The notes under the pieces were generated by a model that saw only the letters and a list, made by a program, of their open reading frames with translations, searched no databases and was not told the DNA's origin. From contig JAYTOU010000055.1 in the NCBI GenBank assembly GCA_043747615.1, positions 1 through 57,332 on the forward strand: 57,332 nt of DNA. Reading direction: 5' to 3'. Below are positions 38,254-47,603 of the stretch, piece by piece. Numbering within the stretch: the first letter of the stretch is position 1; each line of letters begins with the position of its first letter. Source of the stretch: Myxococcales bacterium. Its GTDB lineage: Bacteria; Myxococcota_A; Polyangia; Polyangiales; Polyangiaceae. The position numbers and the translations under genes are program-made.

Positions 38254-40899
38254 TTAGTGAAGCCGCTCGACGACGCCGCGATCGCCGTCGACCCTCAGGC
38301 GGTCACCGGTCTTGATAGCGAGTGTCGCGCCGCTCACGTTGACGACGCTCGGCACGCCGAACTCACGGGCCACGACGGCAGCGTGCGAGAGCGGACCTCC
38401 GAGCTCGGTGACGACGCCCGCGGCGATGAGGAAGAGCGGGGTCCATCCCACGTCGGTGGTGTGGACGACGAGGATCTCGCCGGGTTGAAGCTCGCCCATT
38501 CCGTCCGCCGTGAGAATCACGCGCGCGGTTCCTTCGACGACACCGGTGCTCGCTGGCGTGCCGCGGAGCATGTCGCCGCCAGACGGAGGGAGCACGACCG
38601 ACGGGGGTGCGCCGATGAACGTGGCGGGGGGATCGGGACGCCCTTGATCGCGTGCGAACTCGGCGCGCCTCGCACGAACGAGCGGCGCGAGATCCGATCG
38701 CGAGCTGCGAAGGGCCTGCGCCACCTCGTCGACGGTGAGGAAGAACACCGGATGAATCGCTAAAATCGGTGATGACCCAGGGGTCGCGCTCACTTCGTCA
38801 GCGAGATCCGGAGCGAGCCGTAAGAGGCGGCGATCGGCGTCGAGAACCGCGTCGCGCAGCATCCCGAGCACGCGCGTCACCCACGCTCGCATCTGTTCGC
38901 GGAGTCGGGCCGAGCGATGGGCGCGGGCCACGAGATGACGGACGAGCGTCTGCTCGAGGAGCGTCAGACGCGGCATCAGCTTCGTCATCTCCGCGTCGGC
39001 CAAGGCGCGGGTTTTTGCAAGAGCAGGCTCCACTTCCCGCCCCTCGCCACGGAGCGCCACGCGAAGCATCGTGAGGACCGGTCGGACGTCTTCTCGCCAT
39101 CGCGGCGTGGAGAGCTCCGCCTCACGCACCGCGCGATCGCCGTAGAGATCGAGGAAGCTCTGCAGCGCTCGTCGCGTCGGCCCATCGGGAATTCCGTCGA
39201 GACCGACCGTCGACTCTCGCTCGATCGCGGCGAAGGCTTCGGGTTCGCGCCGCGCGAGGTTCGCCACACGCATGATACCGATGGCCGGTCGCGCACTTTC
39301 GAGATCGCGGATCCCGCTGGTGAGAGCTTGCGCGAGCCGCTCCGCTCCAATCGGCGCGACCCGTGAGAGCACGGTTTTCAGGGCAAGGTGAGTCCCCAGC
39401 GCGCTCGAGGCGCAGGTGAGCATCACCGTGCCGGTCCGCGCGAGCAACTCTTGAACATCGCGGATCGTTCGCGCCAGCGCTTCGTCGGGAAGGATCGCCA
39501 GGTCGAGTGCGCTGTGGATCTTCTGCGCTTCCTCCGCCGCTTTCTCGAAGCTCGCGACGTCGACGTCGAGTCGCAGCTGCTCGCGAATGAGGCGAGTCGC
39601 CGTCAACGGAAAGCGCGCGTAAAATCCTTTGCGCGAAACGTCGGCCACTTGCACCGCGAGCTCGTCGCCGCCCGAGCCCCCCGCGAGATCGACCAGCGTC
39701 CGCGGATCGAGCCACGGCACTTGCGCGGCTATGCGCATGAACTGCGTTAGATTCAGGTAAAATCGACCGTAGACGTTGCCGACCAGACGCGCGTTGCGAG
39801 GGACGCTGCACCCAAGGGCTGCGAACGCGCGACGAAATCCCTCTTCGCTGAAGGCGCCGGCGACCGACCAGGTGAGCGGCGTGGCCACTCCGGGGAGCGC
39901 CTCTCCGACGTTGACGTTGCTCCACACGGTAGCTTCGTCCCCGCCCTCCGGAAAGCCGCGACCGGTCACCGGGCGAGCCTGCACGATCCACGTGCGCTGC
40001 GCGTCACACGCGAACTCCACGTCCCACGCAGTTGGATCCAGACGCTCGAGACGAGTGGCGAGCTCGGCAAGATCGTTGATGCGATCTTTCCCGAGAGCCG
40101 GGCGATCTGGTTGGCTCACGGGTATCTCGACCACGCCTTCGTCTTGCACGACGAGCGCCTTCGTTTTTCGAGCGATCACGGAATCGACGAGCCGACCTCT
40201 CGAATCGATGCGAAGCATGTCGGGCGTAGTGATTCCGTCGACGACCGGCGAGCCGAGGCCGACGCCGACGTTGACGATGCGCTCGTTCCTTGCGCCGCCT
40301 AGCTGGGAGGCGCGCGTGAACATCACTCCCGCGGCCTGGGCCTGTATGACCCGCTGAACGACGACGGCCATCGACACATCGCGGACGCCATGCGCAGCGA
40401 GGTAAGCGAGCGCGCGACCAGAGGCAATTGATGCCCACACGGAGCGGACCGCTTCAGCCAAACCTTCCGCCCCTCGCACGCCGAGGCGCGTCTCGGCGAG
40501 CCCTGCCATGGAGACGAGAGCTCCGTCTTCGCACGTCGCGCTAGAGCGCACCGCGAGCCCCCACGGCGCGTCACCCTTTGTCCGGCCCCACAAGGCTTCG
40601 AGCTCCTCGCGTAGCCCAGCCGGGAGTGGCGCCTTCAAGATTTCGAGCCGGGCTTCCGCCGCCCGCGCCAGCCCAGCGCGCCCGTTCGCGGCGCGTAGAA
40701 GCGTTCGCGGATCGCACCCTGGCGACAGCTCGCGAAGCGCGGCTTGAAACGCTGCGGCGGGGATCACCCACGATTCCGGCACCGCGAAATCGTTGCGCTG
40801 CAACCACGCCAAACGGGCGGCTTTTCCCCCGACCACGCGCGCGTCATCTCCGCCTCGCTTGGCTGCGAGCGTCTCCAGGGAGAGGATCCACGTCGTCAC
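38254..40899 (-). CDS. PEP-utilising / pyruvate-water-dikinase-like phosphotransferase (rifampin phosphotransferase-like architecture)
   Basis: VGGKA, AVRSSATCED....SMAG, DVEFA, VQARPVT (ATP-grasp); NVGEALPGVATPL middle domain; TDVGWTPLF..GGPLSHAAVVAREFGVP (His swivel). Confidence 0.88.
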   Translation of the reverse strand: MTTWILSLETLAAKRGGDDARVVGGKAARLAWLQRNDFAVPESWVIPAAAFQAALRELSPGCDPRTLLRAANGRAGLARAAEARLEILKAPLPAGLREELEALWGRTKGDAPWGLAVRSSATCEDGALVSMAGLAETRLGVRGAEGLAEAVRSVWASIASGRALAYLAAHGVRDVSMAVVVQRVIQAQAAGVMFTRASQLGGARNERIVNVGVGLGSPVVDGITTPDMLRIDSRGRLVDSVIARKTKALVVQDEGVVEIPVSQPDRPALGKDRINDLAELATRLERLDPTAWDVEFACDAQRTWIVQARPVTGRGFPEGGDEATVWSNVNVGEALPGVATPLTWSVAGAFSEEGFRRAFAALGCSVPRNARLVGNVYGRFYLNLTQFMRIAAQVPWLDPRTLVDLAGGSGGDELAVQVADVSRKGFYARFPLTATRLIREQLRLDVDVASFEKAAEEAQKIHSALDLAILPDEALARTIRDVQELLARTGTVMLTCASSALGTHLALKTVLSRVAPIGAERLAQALTSGIRDLESARPAIGIMRVANLARREPEAFAAIERESTVGLDGIPDGPTRRALQSFLDLYGDRAVREAELSTPRWREDVRPVLTMLRVALRGEGREVEPALAKTRALADAEMTKLMPRLTLLEQTLVRHLVARAHRSARLREQMRAWVTRVLGMLRDAVLDADRRLLRLAPDLADEVSATPGSSPILAIHPVFFLTVDEVAQALRSSRSDLAPLVRARRAEFARDQGRPDPPATFIGAPPSVVLPPSGGDMLRGTPASTGVVEGTARVILTADGMGELQPGEILVVHTTDVGWTPLFLIAAGVVTELGGPLSHAAVVAREFGVPSVVNVSGATLAIKTGDRLRVDGDRGVVERLH

Positions 40900-40921
40900 G
40901 GGCGCGATACTAGTCGACTAC

Positions 40922-41857
40922 TCACTTCGGGGAGCGGGTGAGTACGCGGTCGTGCCAGAAAAGCAGCTCGAGGGAGCCCGGCCCGCGATTGAACACGTAA
41001 TCGTGCGGTCCCGGCAGATCGGCAAAGTCATGAGCGACGCCCGCCGAACGCCACGCTTCGGAGGTTCGCGTGATCGCAGGCCGGTACATGTCTTCGTGGC
41101 TCGTCGTTAGGCGAAGCTTCAGCGCCGGGCTCTTTGCACGAGCAGCCTTGGCGAGCTCGGTCCACTCCGAGGCTTGGCTCTCCCACAGAGCAGGCTGGAG
41201 TGCGCCCACCGCGCCGAAGACCTCGGGCGCACCGAGACCTACGCGCAGGGCGACGGCCCCGCCGAGCGACACGCCGTCAATCCCGGTGGACTCCGGCGCG
41301 ATGAGAGCGGGCGTCTCGTTTCGAACTCGCGGCAAGAGCGTGTCGATCACGAACCGCCCGTACGCTTTTTGCTCGGCTGCGCTCATCAGATTGACGTCGG
41401 GCAAGTAGGGACATGCGATGATCAGGCCTCCGAACGGCCGCTCCCCGAGCGAGCGATTCATCGATTCCATGTGCGCGGGATCGGATAGCCCTTCGAAGTC
41501 CCCGTCATTGAGCGGCGGCGCGCAGATGCGCTCGAAGGCACGGGTGAGAGCGTAGTCGCGCGGCCAACCCATGGCCCCGAGCTCCGGGCCTTTCAAGGCC
41601 TCGCCGCGCCCGTGAAGAGCAACGACGACCGGGAACCGCACGTCCGGGCCGCCCCAGTTCGGCGCGAGAATCACCGCCCGCTGCGGAACGGATCCAACCG
41701 CGAGCGCGAACGTCCATTCGAGGATGCGCCAGCCCCGCGTCGACGCATCGAACGATGCGGCCGGAATCGGGAGAGAAGAAGACGCAGGCGGCGCAGCTTT
41801 GTCGTGCCGCGTGCAGCTGGCGACCGCGGCTCCGAGGAGAAAGGCCCGACGATCCAT
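40922..41857 (-). CDS. Tat-lipoprotein alpha/beta-hydrolase (esterase)
   Basis: Twin-Arg lipoprotein signal MDRRAFLLGAAVASC; ALHGRG; nucleophile elbow GVSLGG; GPHD. Confidence 0.8.
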   Translation of the reverse strand: MDRRAFLLGAAVASCTRHDKAAPPASSSLPIPAASFDASTRGWRILEWTFALAVGSVPQRAVILAPNWGGPDVRFPVVVALHGRGEALKGPELGAMGWPRDYALTRAFERICAPPLNDGDFEGLSDPAHMESMNRSLGERPFGGLIIACPYLPDVNLMSAAEQKAYGRFVIDTLLPRVRNETPALIAPESTGIDGVSLGGAVALRVGLGAPEVFGAVGALQPALWESQASEWTELAKAARAKSPALKLRLTTSHEDMYRPAITRTSEAWRSAGVAHDFADLPGPHDYVFNRGPGSLELLFWHDRVLTRSPK

Positions 41858-41915
41858 TAGCGGACCTGCGGGTGAACCTGCGGGCGACTCGGTCGCGTGA
41901 ATGTCATCACGCGGC

Positions 41916-42293
41916 TTACTCCTCAGGGAGGCTCGGTGATGCCCCGGCTGCACTCTTCACGAGATCCGACAGCGCTGGATCGCTCACGAGCTGCTCGCGG
42001 AGCATCTTGTGAATTGCGGTGAGCTCTGTGGGGTTGAGCCCGTGCAGATGTGCGGTGGCCTCTTCGACTTTCAGGTCGAGGTACCCGTTCACGTCGACGT
42101 GCCCGGCGTGAAGGCGGTCGAGCGGAGTAGCGGCGACTCCGCCGACGTGGGTGGCTCCTGCCTTTGCTTCCGATTTTTCGGAGCGAACCTCGAAGGTGCG
42201 TCCGGTCTCCTCGGTCTTTGCGGCTGGATTCGCCTCCGACGGTGCCTGGGAGGGCGCGACGGGACCCCCTTTTCCGATGCGGTCGATGGGCAT
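41916..42293 (-). CDS. Hypothetical protein (disordered N-terminus, helical C-terminus)
   Basis: RBS GAGG upstream of MPIDRIGK; co-oriented downstream of the needle-like gene. Confidence 0.65.
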   Translation of the reverse strand: MPIDRIGKGGPVAPSQAPSEANPAAKTEETGRTFEVRSEKSEAKAGATHVGGVAATPLDRLHAGHVDVNGYLDLKVEEATAHLHGLNPTELTAIHKMLREQLVSDPALSDLVKSAAGASPSLPEE

Positions 42294-42337
42294 GACTGAT
42301 CCTCGCTCTTAACTTTCGCACGCTCGCAACGAGAGCG

Positions 42338-42835
42338 CTATCGGATGTTACCGATGGCGGTCTTGACCGTGTCGTGCTCCGCCTTGAGCACGTTCGACAG
42401 CGCGCTGAACGTTCGGTTCTGCGCGTTCACGGTCTCCTGAATCTGCAGGTAGTACATGTTCATTTCCTGCGATTGCGCGAGTGACGACTCGACGCCGCCG
42501 TCACCGGTGGTCCCCGGCGAGCCGCTCATTCCAGAGGGGCTCGGCCCGCCCGGACCTTCGGCGCTCAAGCTGCCCGAACGTCCGACGGGGGTGCTACTTC
42601 CGCCGTGCGAGCTCATGGAGCTCATCGAAATAGGGCCGGTTCCGCCGCGAACGGCGACCGCCATGAGCGGCCCACCAGGGAGCGTGTGAAGCGCCGATTC
42701 CGCGCCTTGCACGAGGCTCCGGCCGCTCTTCGCGAGCACCTCCGAAAAGCGCACGCGCGTCGGGTGGGGCGTGGGCCGAGCCACGGTTTGAGCAATAGTC
42801 ACGTCGGGTCGAGTCGGGGGAATTCGCGGGTCCAT
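42338..42835 (-). CDS. Hypothetical protein with T3SS needle/filament (SctF-like) C-terminal helix
   Basis: RBS GGAGG; C-terminus YLQIQETVNAQNRTFSALSNVLKAEHDTVKTAIGNIR; Ser/Gly-rich N-terminal half; no Sec signal. Confidence 0.55.
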   Translation of the reverse strand: MDPRIPPTRPDVTIAQTVARPTPHPTRVRFSEVLAKSGRSLVQGAESALHTLPGGPLMAVAVRGGTGPISMSSMSSHGGSSTPVGRSGSLSAEGPGGPSPSGMSGSPGTTGDGGVESSLAQSQEMNMYYLQIQETVNAQNRTFSALSNVLKAEHDTVKTAIGNIR

Positions 42836-42851
42836 GTTGCCTCCACCACCC

Positions 42852-42878
42852 CCATCGGCCGCACTCCGCGAGGGTTGC
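42852..42878 (-). promoter_or_regulatory. Sigma28 (FliA)-like promoter candidate
   Basis: Minus strand reads GCAA-N15-GCCGATGG, against the TAAA-N15-GCCGATAA consensus. Confidence 0.4.
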
Positions 42879-42939
42879 GTAAATAACGGAGACTAGGCGA
42901 ACTTCGACCGCCGGCGCCGCGCGATACCCGCCACGCGGT

Positions 42940-45648
42940 CTAGCGGCTCCACGCCAAAGTGAGCGCGCGGGCGCGGCGTGCGCCGGCTTCGGGGCCGTCG
43001 TCGTTGAAGAAGACGATGTTGTCGAGGAGCGCGAGGGACACATCGAGTGAGGGCGGCCCGTCGAGACTCATGATCGGGTAGGTGCGGACCGCGCGGGTAT
43101 CGGAGACTTCGAGGGTGTCGAGGGCGAGCTCGAACCGCGAGCTGCGGGCGAGAATTCCTCGAAGAGGCGTAGCATGTGGATCGAGGATGATGGCGCTGGG
43201 AAAACCCTCTCCGGAGCCCCGGGTGCGGACGGCCTCACCGATGCGATGCCCCTTCGCATCGACCCACGCGAGCATCGCTCCGTAGGCTGTGGCGTTCGTC
43301 GCTTCCGCACCCATCGGAGCTTCTTCGATCCAACCGACCACGATGCCATCGCCGCTCGCCGCGAGGGAAGGCGAGCGCGAATGGGCTGCCGTTGCGAGGA
43401 GCCTCACTTCGTCGCCGCTTCGCCGGGCGTCTTGCGCGCGAAGGGGAGCAATATAGATGTCGGAAAAGCCGTCGTTCGGGCTCTCGCGGGGATCGGCCCA
43501 GGCCAACCACACCGTACCGTCACGCGCGAGGAGCGAGACGTCGCTCGCGTCCCCCAGAGCTTTCGTGACCCGCTCCTGGCCGGCGATTCGCTTCAAGTCA
43601 GGCGACAGATGCGACGCGTATACTTCGCCATTTCCGTCGCGGCCGTCGACCCATGCGACAACCCAACCGGCGCCCGCCCAGGTGATCGCGACGTCGCTCG
43701 CATCGCCACGCTCGGTGGTAACGAGCACATCATTGAGCTTCTTTCCGTGGCGATCGACGAGGGTGACGTGTACCTGCGGATCGCCGCCTTCGCGCGCAAC
43801 CCAGGCGACCGCGGCTCCGTCCTCGGGCGTGGGTCCGCCGGCGATCGCCACGCCTCCGACGCTCACCGCGCGCGTGGTCAGGGTCACCGCCGGTCCGTGC
43901 GCGGCTCCGGCCGCATCGAGCGCGCGGAGCGAGAGCGTCGCGCCCGAGCCCGGGCCGCGTGATGGCGGCGCAGGTCTCGCCTTCGAGCTCTTGGTCAGAC
44001 CGATCGGATCGTCCGTCGTTGCCGTCACGAGCGCAACGAGCGATCCGTCCCCGATGCGCGCGGCGGCAATGTCGGCGTAGGGCTCACCGGCGGCGAGCGT
44101 GGACAGAGCAGTGGCGTGCGGAGCATCGGCCGGCGGCTGCACGACGAGCGGCGGAACGTAGGGGCTCGGGCGATCCTTCAATTCAATGGCGTGCACCAGC
44201 GTCGGCGCCTCTCCGGTCGCCGTGAGAACGACGCAGTGCCCAGCCGCGCAATCGAGACCCCACGCGAGTCCCGCCGCGAGCGGGGAGGCAAGCTCGTTCT
44301 GCGCCGAATCGGGGAGACGGAGCGCTTCCACTTGAACGACGCTCAGGGAGCCGTCCAAACGAACGAACATCGGCAGCGGCGTACTCGCGGCGCACGCACC
44401 GGGGGCGTCTGCCTTCGTGCACGTCTGCGCGGGGGCGAGGAGGGCGAAGCCATCGCCGGCGGGAACGAGCTCCGGTGGCGACGTACCTTGCACCTCGAGG
44501 GCGAGGCTCTTTTTTCCGTCGAGCGTGCCCTGCGGACTGAGGGTGGCCATGTGCAGACGTCGCGTGGGATGCCCACGTTTGCTCGGCTCTTCCCAGGCGA
44601 TGACGCCCGAGGTGCGGCCGCCGCTGAGCGCAACGAGTGACGAGCCGCCGAGAGCGGTGATGGGATGCAGCGGAGCGTGCGCCGCACCGGATTCGTCGAT
44701 CGAAGCGAGCGACACCTCGGGATCTAGGGCGGTCGGATCGGTCCATGCGAAGACGTACGAGCCGCCGACCCGCGCGACGTCGACGTCACCGGTCACGGTG
44801 GGCTTGATGGTGACAGCCACCGCGGCTCCGATCGGGCGCGCTTCTCCGTCGAGGCGAAGCCAGGACAGCTGGCCCCCTTTCGCCTTTTTTTCAGGCGATC
44901 GCGTGACGAGGACGAGTCCCGCGCCCATCGTGGTCGGCACGGCTTGCCAGCCGGTAACGCCCTTGGCGACGTGACTCGGGACACCGCGCGGGCGGCCGTC
45001 GGGGTCGAGGGCAACGGCAAGGACGTTGGCGTCGCCCGAACGCAGCTCCTCCGCCCACACGCATACGGCGCCCCGGGCCGTCGGCACGATATCCGTCCAG
45101 ACGATGTCGTCGGTCGTGCGGGCGATCTCGTGGGGCTCGCCGCGCGCGGTGCCGTCTTCGGCGATTCCGATGACGCGGAGCGCTTCGCCGCGATCGGTCA
45201 TCGCAGTCCACGCAGCGACGAAACCGGCCTTTTCTCCGCCGGTTGCGCGAAGAACGAGCGCGTTCGTTTCCGAGGGTGTGGCAGCGATGACCCGCGCCGG
45301 ACCTTTGTTCTCGCCCGCGTCGGTGAGGGGCGCCGTCACCAGATGGCGCGCGCCATTCTCTGCTCCACCGATGTAAGCGGTCATCGCGGAGAGGCCTTCG
45401 CGTCGCGCGAGAAAGGGCCCAAGGGTCTTGCCGGAGACGCTCGCCACGAGATGAGCGGGGAGAAGCGGCGGAAAACGCGGGTCGACCTTCTTCACCACCG
45501 GCGTCGGCGGTAGGAAGTGCTTCCCCTTGCCAATCACCTCGGGCTCCCCCGAAACGCCCACCGGTTTTTTCGCTCCGCCGCAGCCCGCGCCGGCGATGAC
45601 GACGAGGGCCAGGAGCGCTGGAACCGCTACGAAATAAGCCTTTTTCAT
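42940..45648 (-). CDS. Large lipoprotein with repeated beta-propeller-like VAW modules
   Basis: MKKAYFVAVPALLALVVIAGAGC; repeats FVAAWT, VCVWAE, VFAWTD, VIAWEE, AVAWVA, VVAWVD, WLAWAD, VVGWIE. Start overlaps the upstream stop. Confidence 0.72.
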   Translation of the reverse strand: MKKAYFVAVPALLALVVIAGAGCGGAKKPVGVSGEPEVIGKGKHFLPPTPVVKKVDPRFPPLLPAHLVASVSGKTLGPFLARREGLSAMTAYIGGAENGARHLVTAPLTDAGENKGPARVIAATPSETNALVLRATGGEKAGFVAAWTAMTDRGEALRVIGIAEDGTARGEPHEIARTTDDIVWTDIVPTARGAVCVWAEELRSGDANVLAVALDPDGRPRGVPSHVAKGVTGWQAVPTTMGAGLVLVTRSPEKKAKGGQLSWLRLDGEARPIGAAVAVTIKPTVTGDVDVARVGGSYVFAWTDPTALDPEVSLASIDESGAAHAPLHPITALGGSSLVALSGGRTSGVIAWEEPSKRGHPTRRLHMATLSPQGTLDGKKSLALEVQGTSPPELVPAGDGFALLAPAQTCTKADAPGACAASTPLPMFVRLDGSLSVVQVEALRLPDSAQNELASPLAAGLAWGLDCAAGHCVVLTATGEAPTLVHAIELKDRPSPYVPPLVVQPPADAPHATALSTLAAGEPYADIAAARIGDGSLVALVTATTDDPIGLTKSSKARPAPPSRGPGSGATLSLRALDAAGAAHGPAVTLTTRAVSVGGVAIAGGPTPEDGAAVAWVAREGGDPQVHVTLVDRHGKKLNDVLVTTERGDASDVAITWAGAGWVVAWVDGRDGNGEVYASHLSPDLKRIAGQERVTKALGDASDVSLLARDGTVWLAWADPRESPNDGFSDIYIAPLRAQDARRSGDEVRLLATAAHSRSPSLAASGDGIVVGWIEEAPMGAEATNATAYGAMLAWVDAKGHRIGEAVRTRGSGEGFPSAIILDPHATPLRGILARSSRFELALDTLEVSDTRAVRTYPIMSLDGPPSLDVSLALLDNIVFFNDDGPEAGARRARALTLAWSR

Positions 45649-46049
45649 CAATCGGTCCCTGCGTCCATCTCTGGAACTTGGAGGTTCCCGGCGCTGAACG
45701 GCTCGGGAAAAAATCCGGCACAGCACCCGGCGCTCTCGGTGATCTTCACGTCAGCAGAGAACCGCCGCCCGGTCGCGAAGTCGATGTCGAGATGGCAGGC
45801 ACCCGCTTTGTGCGCCACGAAGTCGTACTCGACGCAGCCACTTCCCGCACGCTCCAGGCAGGAAACCTTCTCGCCTGCGCAGGCACCCGACAGGACGAGG
45901 CCCATGGCGGAAGCGGCAACGTCTCGAGGGACGGCGACGCGCAGCGTGGGGTCCGCGCACTCGCATGCGGCGTGCGACGTTCCGCACGCGCTGAACGGGG
46001 CGAGCCATCCCGCGCCGAGCGCGAGAGACCAAAAAACAAGGCCCTTCAC
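45648..46049 (-). CDS. Small Cys-rich lipoprotein
   Basis: GTG start overlapping the upstream stop; signal ending FSAC; CEC...CC. Confidence 0.65.
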   Translation of the reverse strand: MKGLVFWSLALGAGWLAPFSACGTSHAACECADPTLRVAVPRDVAASAMGLVLSGACAGEKVSCLERAGSGCVEYDFVAHKAGACHLDIDFATGRRFSADVKITESAGCCAGFFPEPFSAGNLQVPEMDAGTD

Positions 46050-46519
46050 TTGTAGATCACCCCATCCGAGAAGGACTTTTTCACCGTGATGACCCCGGCG
46101 TTGCTCCGCGGAAACGGCGCGCCCTTCAGCGCCTCGCGCACGCAGTCGTTCAGCTTCACGTCGAGCTTCGACCCCTTGGGGGTCTTTACGCCGATGAGGA
46201 CACCCTCTTGGTCGATGCCGATCTCGGTGGCCAGCGAGGCATGCGCATCTTTCAGCCGGTCGCGCGCCTCGGTCACGCATTTGGTGAGCTCGGGTAGGCG
46301 ATGGTTCACGGCCTCGTCGATCAACCTCGTAGCTTCTGCGGAGCTCGCGGCGCGCGGGCGTTCGGACTTCAGTGGACCTGCGTCGCTCGGTGTCGCCGCC
46401 GTCGCCGAGCTTGCTTCGCCTGGCGCCGTTGCGCCTGCGGAGGCCATGGGCGCCGGCCCCGCTTTCGATCCCCCACACGCGACGAGCAAGCACGTCATCG
46501 CAACGATCTGCGTCTTCAT
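46046..46519 (-). CDS. Lipoprotein with AgmX/PglI C-terminal (TonB_C-like) domain
   Basis: Lipobox LVAC; L.KC......I.IDQEG.....LNDCV..ALK...FP....G...V...F pattern. Confidence 0.65.
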   Translation of the reverse strand: MKTQIVAMTCLLVACGGSKAGPAPMASAGATAPGEASSATAATPSDAGPLKSERPRAASSAEATRLIDEAVNHRLPELTKCVTEARDRLKDAHASLATEIGIDQEGVLIGVKTPKGSKLDVKLNDCVREALKGAPFPRSNAGVITVKKSFSDGVIYK

Positions 46520-46570
46520 GTCCTTCCTTTTATCAAGGCGAAGCGCCGCTTGCTGCTTTTCGGGTCGCGC

Positions 46571-47407
46571 CTACGTGCGAAGGAGGCGAGCGATGTGATT
46601 CTTCTCCCATTCGAGAGAGCGCTGGTAGCGGCGGTATTCCTGCTCGCGCGTACGAAACTCGAGAGGGTGTAGGTCTCGACGGCCGTCGATCCGGCGGACG
46701 GGGATCGCGTGGTGAAGCATCTCGTGGAAGACCACGAAGGCCACGAAGTAGCGCGGGACCCAGCTGCGATCGAGCGCCGGATGAATGCGGATGAGACGCT
46801 CGTTGGCGTTGTAGCTTCCCAGCTTGATCGACGCGCGTGACCCCTCGCCGCGTACCGAGCGCTTCCCCCAGGTGATGACCGCGTTGATGGACCCCTTGAA
46901 GTAGCGCTCGTTTAGCTCCTGGAAGATCGACAGGAGGTCGTGGTGCCGACCCGCAGAAACGAGCTGGATCGTCCGGGAGCGCTTGGCGAGGCGCGCGCCG
47001 TTGGCTTCGATGTAGTGGCCAATCCGGAGGCTGGCGTCGCGATCGCTGAGCGTCACGTAGCGGACGAGGGCGCTGATCACGCTGGGCGGCGCGTCGAGGA
47101 ACATATGATGGATCCGCGCGAGCAGGATGCCGCCCGTCCATGTGTGGGAAATGATCGAGTGGCGATTGTCGGTGATCGACAGATTCACCGGCCCGGGGGA
47201 TGCGGCTCTCAGGCGGCGCTCGAGCGATTGGCGGGCACCTTCGTGGACGAAGATGCGGGGCGTCGCCGAAGGGAAAACGTGGGCGAGCTGCGCACTGACC
47301 CGCTCCGGGAGGCGAAGCGCGGTAGCGCCCATCGGCCTCGACGTAAGGGCACGCGCACGCGCGACGCGTGACATCGGTCTCAAGGTTAAAACGTGTTGGG
47401 CGCCCAT
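46571..47407 (-). CDS. SprT-like zinc metallopeptidase
   Basis: FQELNERYF.G.....ITWG, KLGSY, IRIHPALD...VP.YFV.FVVFHEMLH (HExxH), H..EF. Start is 47407 or the internal Met of MGATA. Confidence 0.75.
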   Translation of the reverse strand: MGAQHVLTLRPMSRVARARALTSRPMGATALRLPERVSAQLAHVFPSATPRIFVHEGARQSLERRLRAASPGPVNLSITDNRHSIISHTWTGGILLARIHHMFLDAPPSVISALVRYVTLSDRDASLRIGHYIEANGARLAKRSRTIQLVSAGRHHDLLSIFQELNERYFKGSINAVITWGKRSVRGEGSRASIKLGSYNANERLIRIHPALDRSWVPRYFVAFVVFHEMLHHAIPVRRIDGRRDLHPLEFRTREQEYRRYQRSLEWEKNHIARLLRT

Positions 47408-47421
47408 CTGCGTTTCAGTTC
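47408..47421. promoter_or_regulatory. LexA-box-like operator upstream of the SprT-like gene
   Basis: CTGCGTTTCAGTTC, identical at 12/14 positions to the recA upstream motif; lies between the -10 element and the ATG. Confidence 0.55.
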
Positions 47422-47428
47422 TCTCTGG

Positions 47429-47457
47429 GCGATAGGAGATGGGTCCGGGACTGTCAA
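47429..47457 (-). promoter_or_regulatory. Sigma70-type promoter of the SprT-like gene
   Basis: Minus strand TTGACA-17 nt-TATCGC, preceded by an AT-rich tract. Confidence 0.6.
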
Positions 47458-47603
47458 GGAACGGTATTTTAAGCTATATATTCAATGACATAGACGCGTG
47501 GTCCGGAGCCCCCACCGAGCCGTTTTGTAGGTAGTCGTATGTGGGTAAGCCGATTTTCAAAAACCGCTTGACAGGGGACAGAGATTTTTCCGGATTCCCT
47601 TTT

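Noticed and set aside
41864..41884. Direct repeat ACCTGCGGG x2 upstream of the Tat esterase
   Set aside because: A short GC-rich 9-mer that is plausible by chance or as coding SPAG-SPAG if the upstream start is used.
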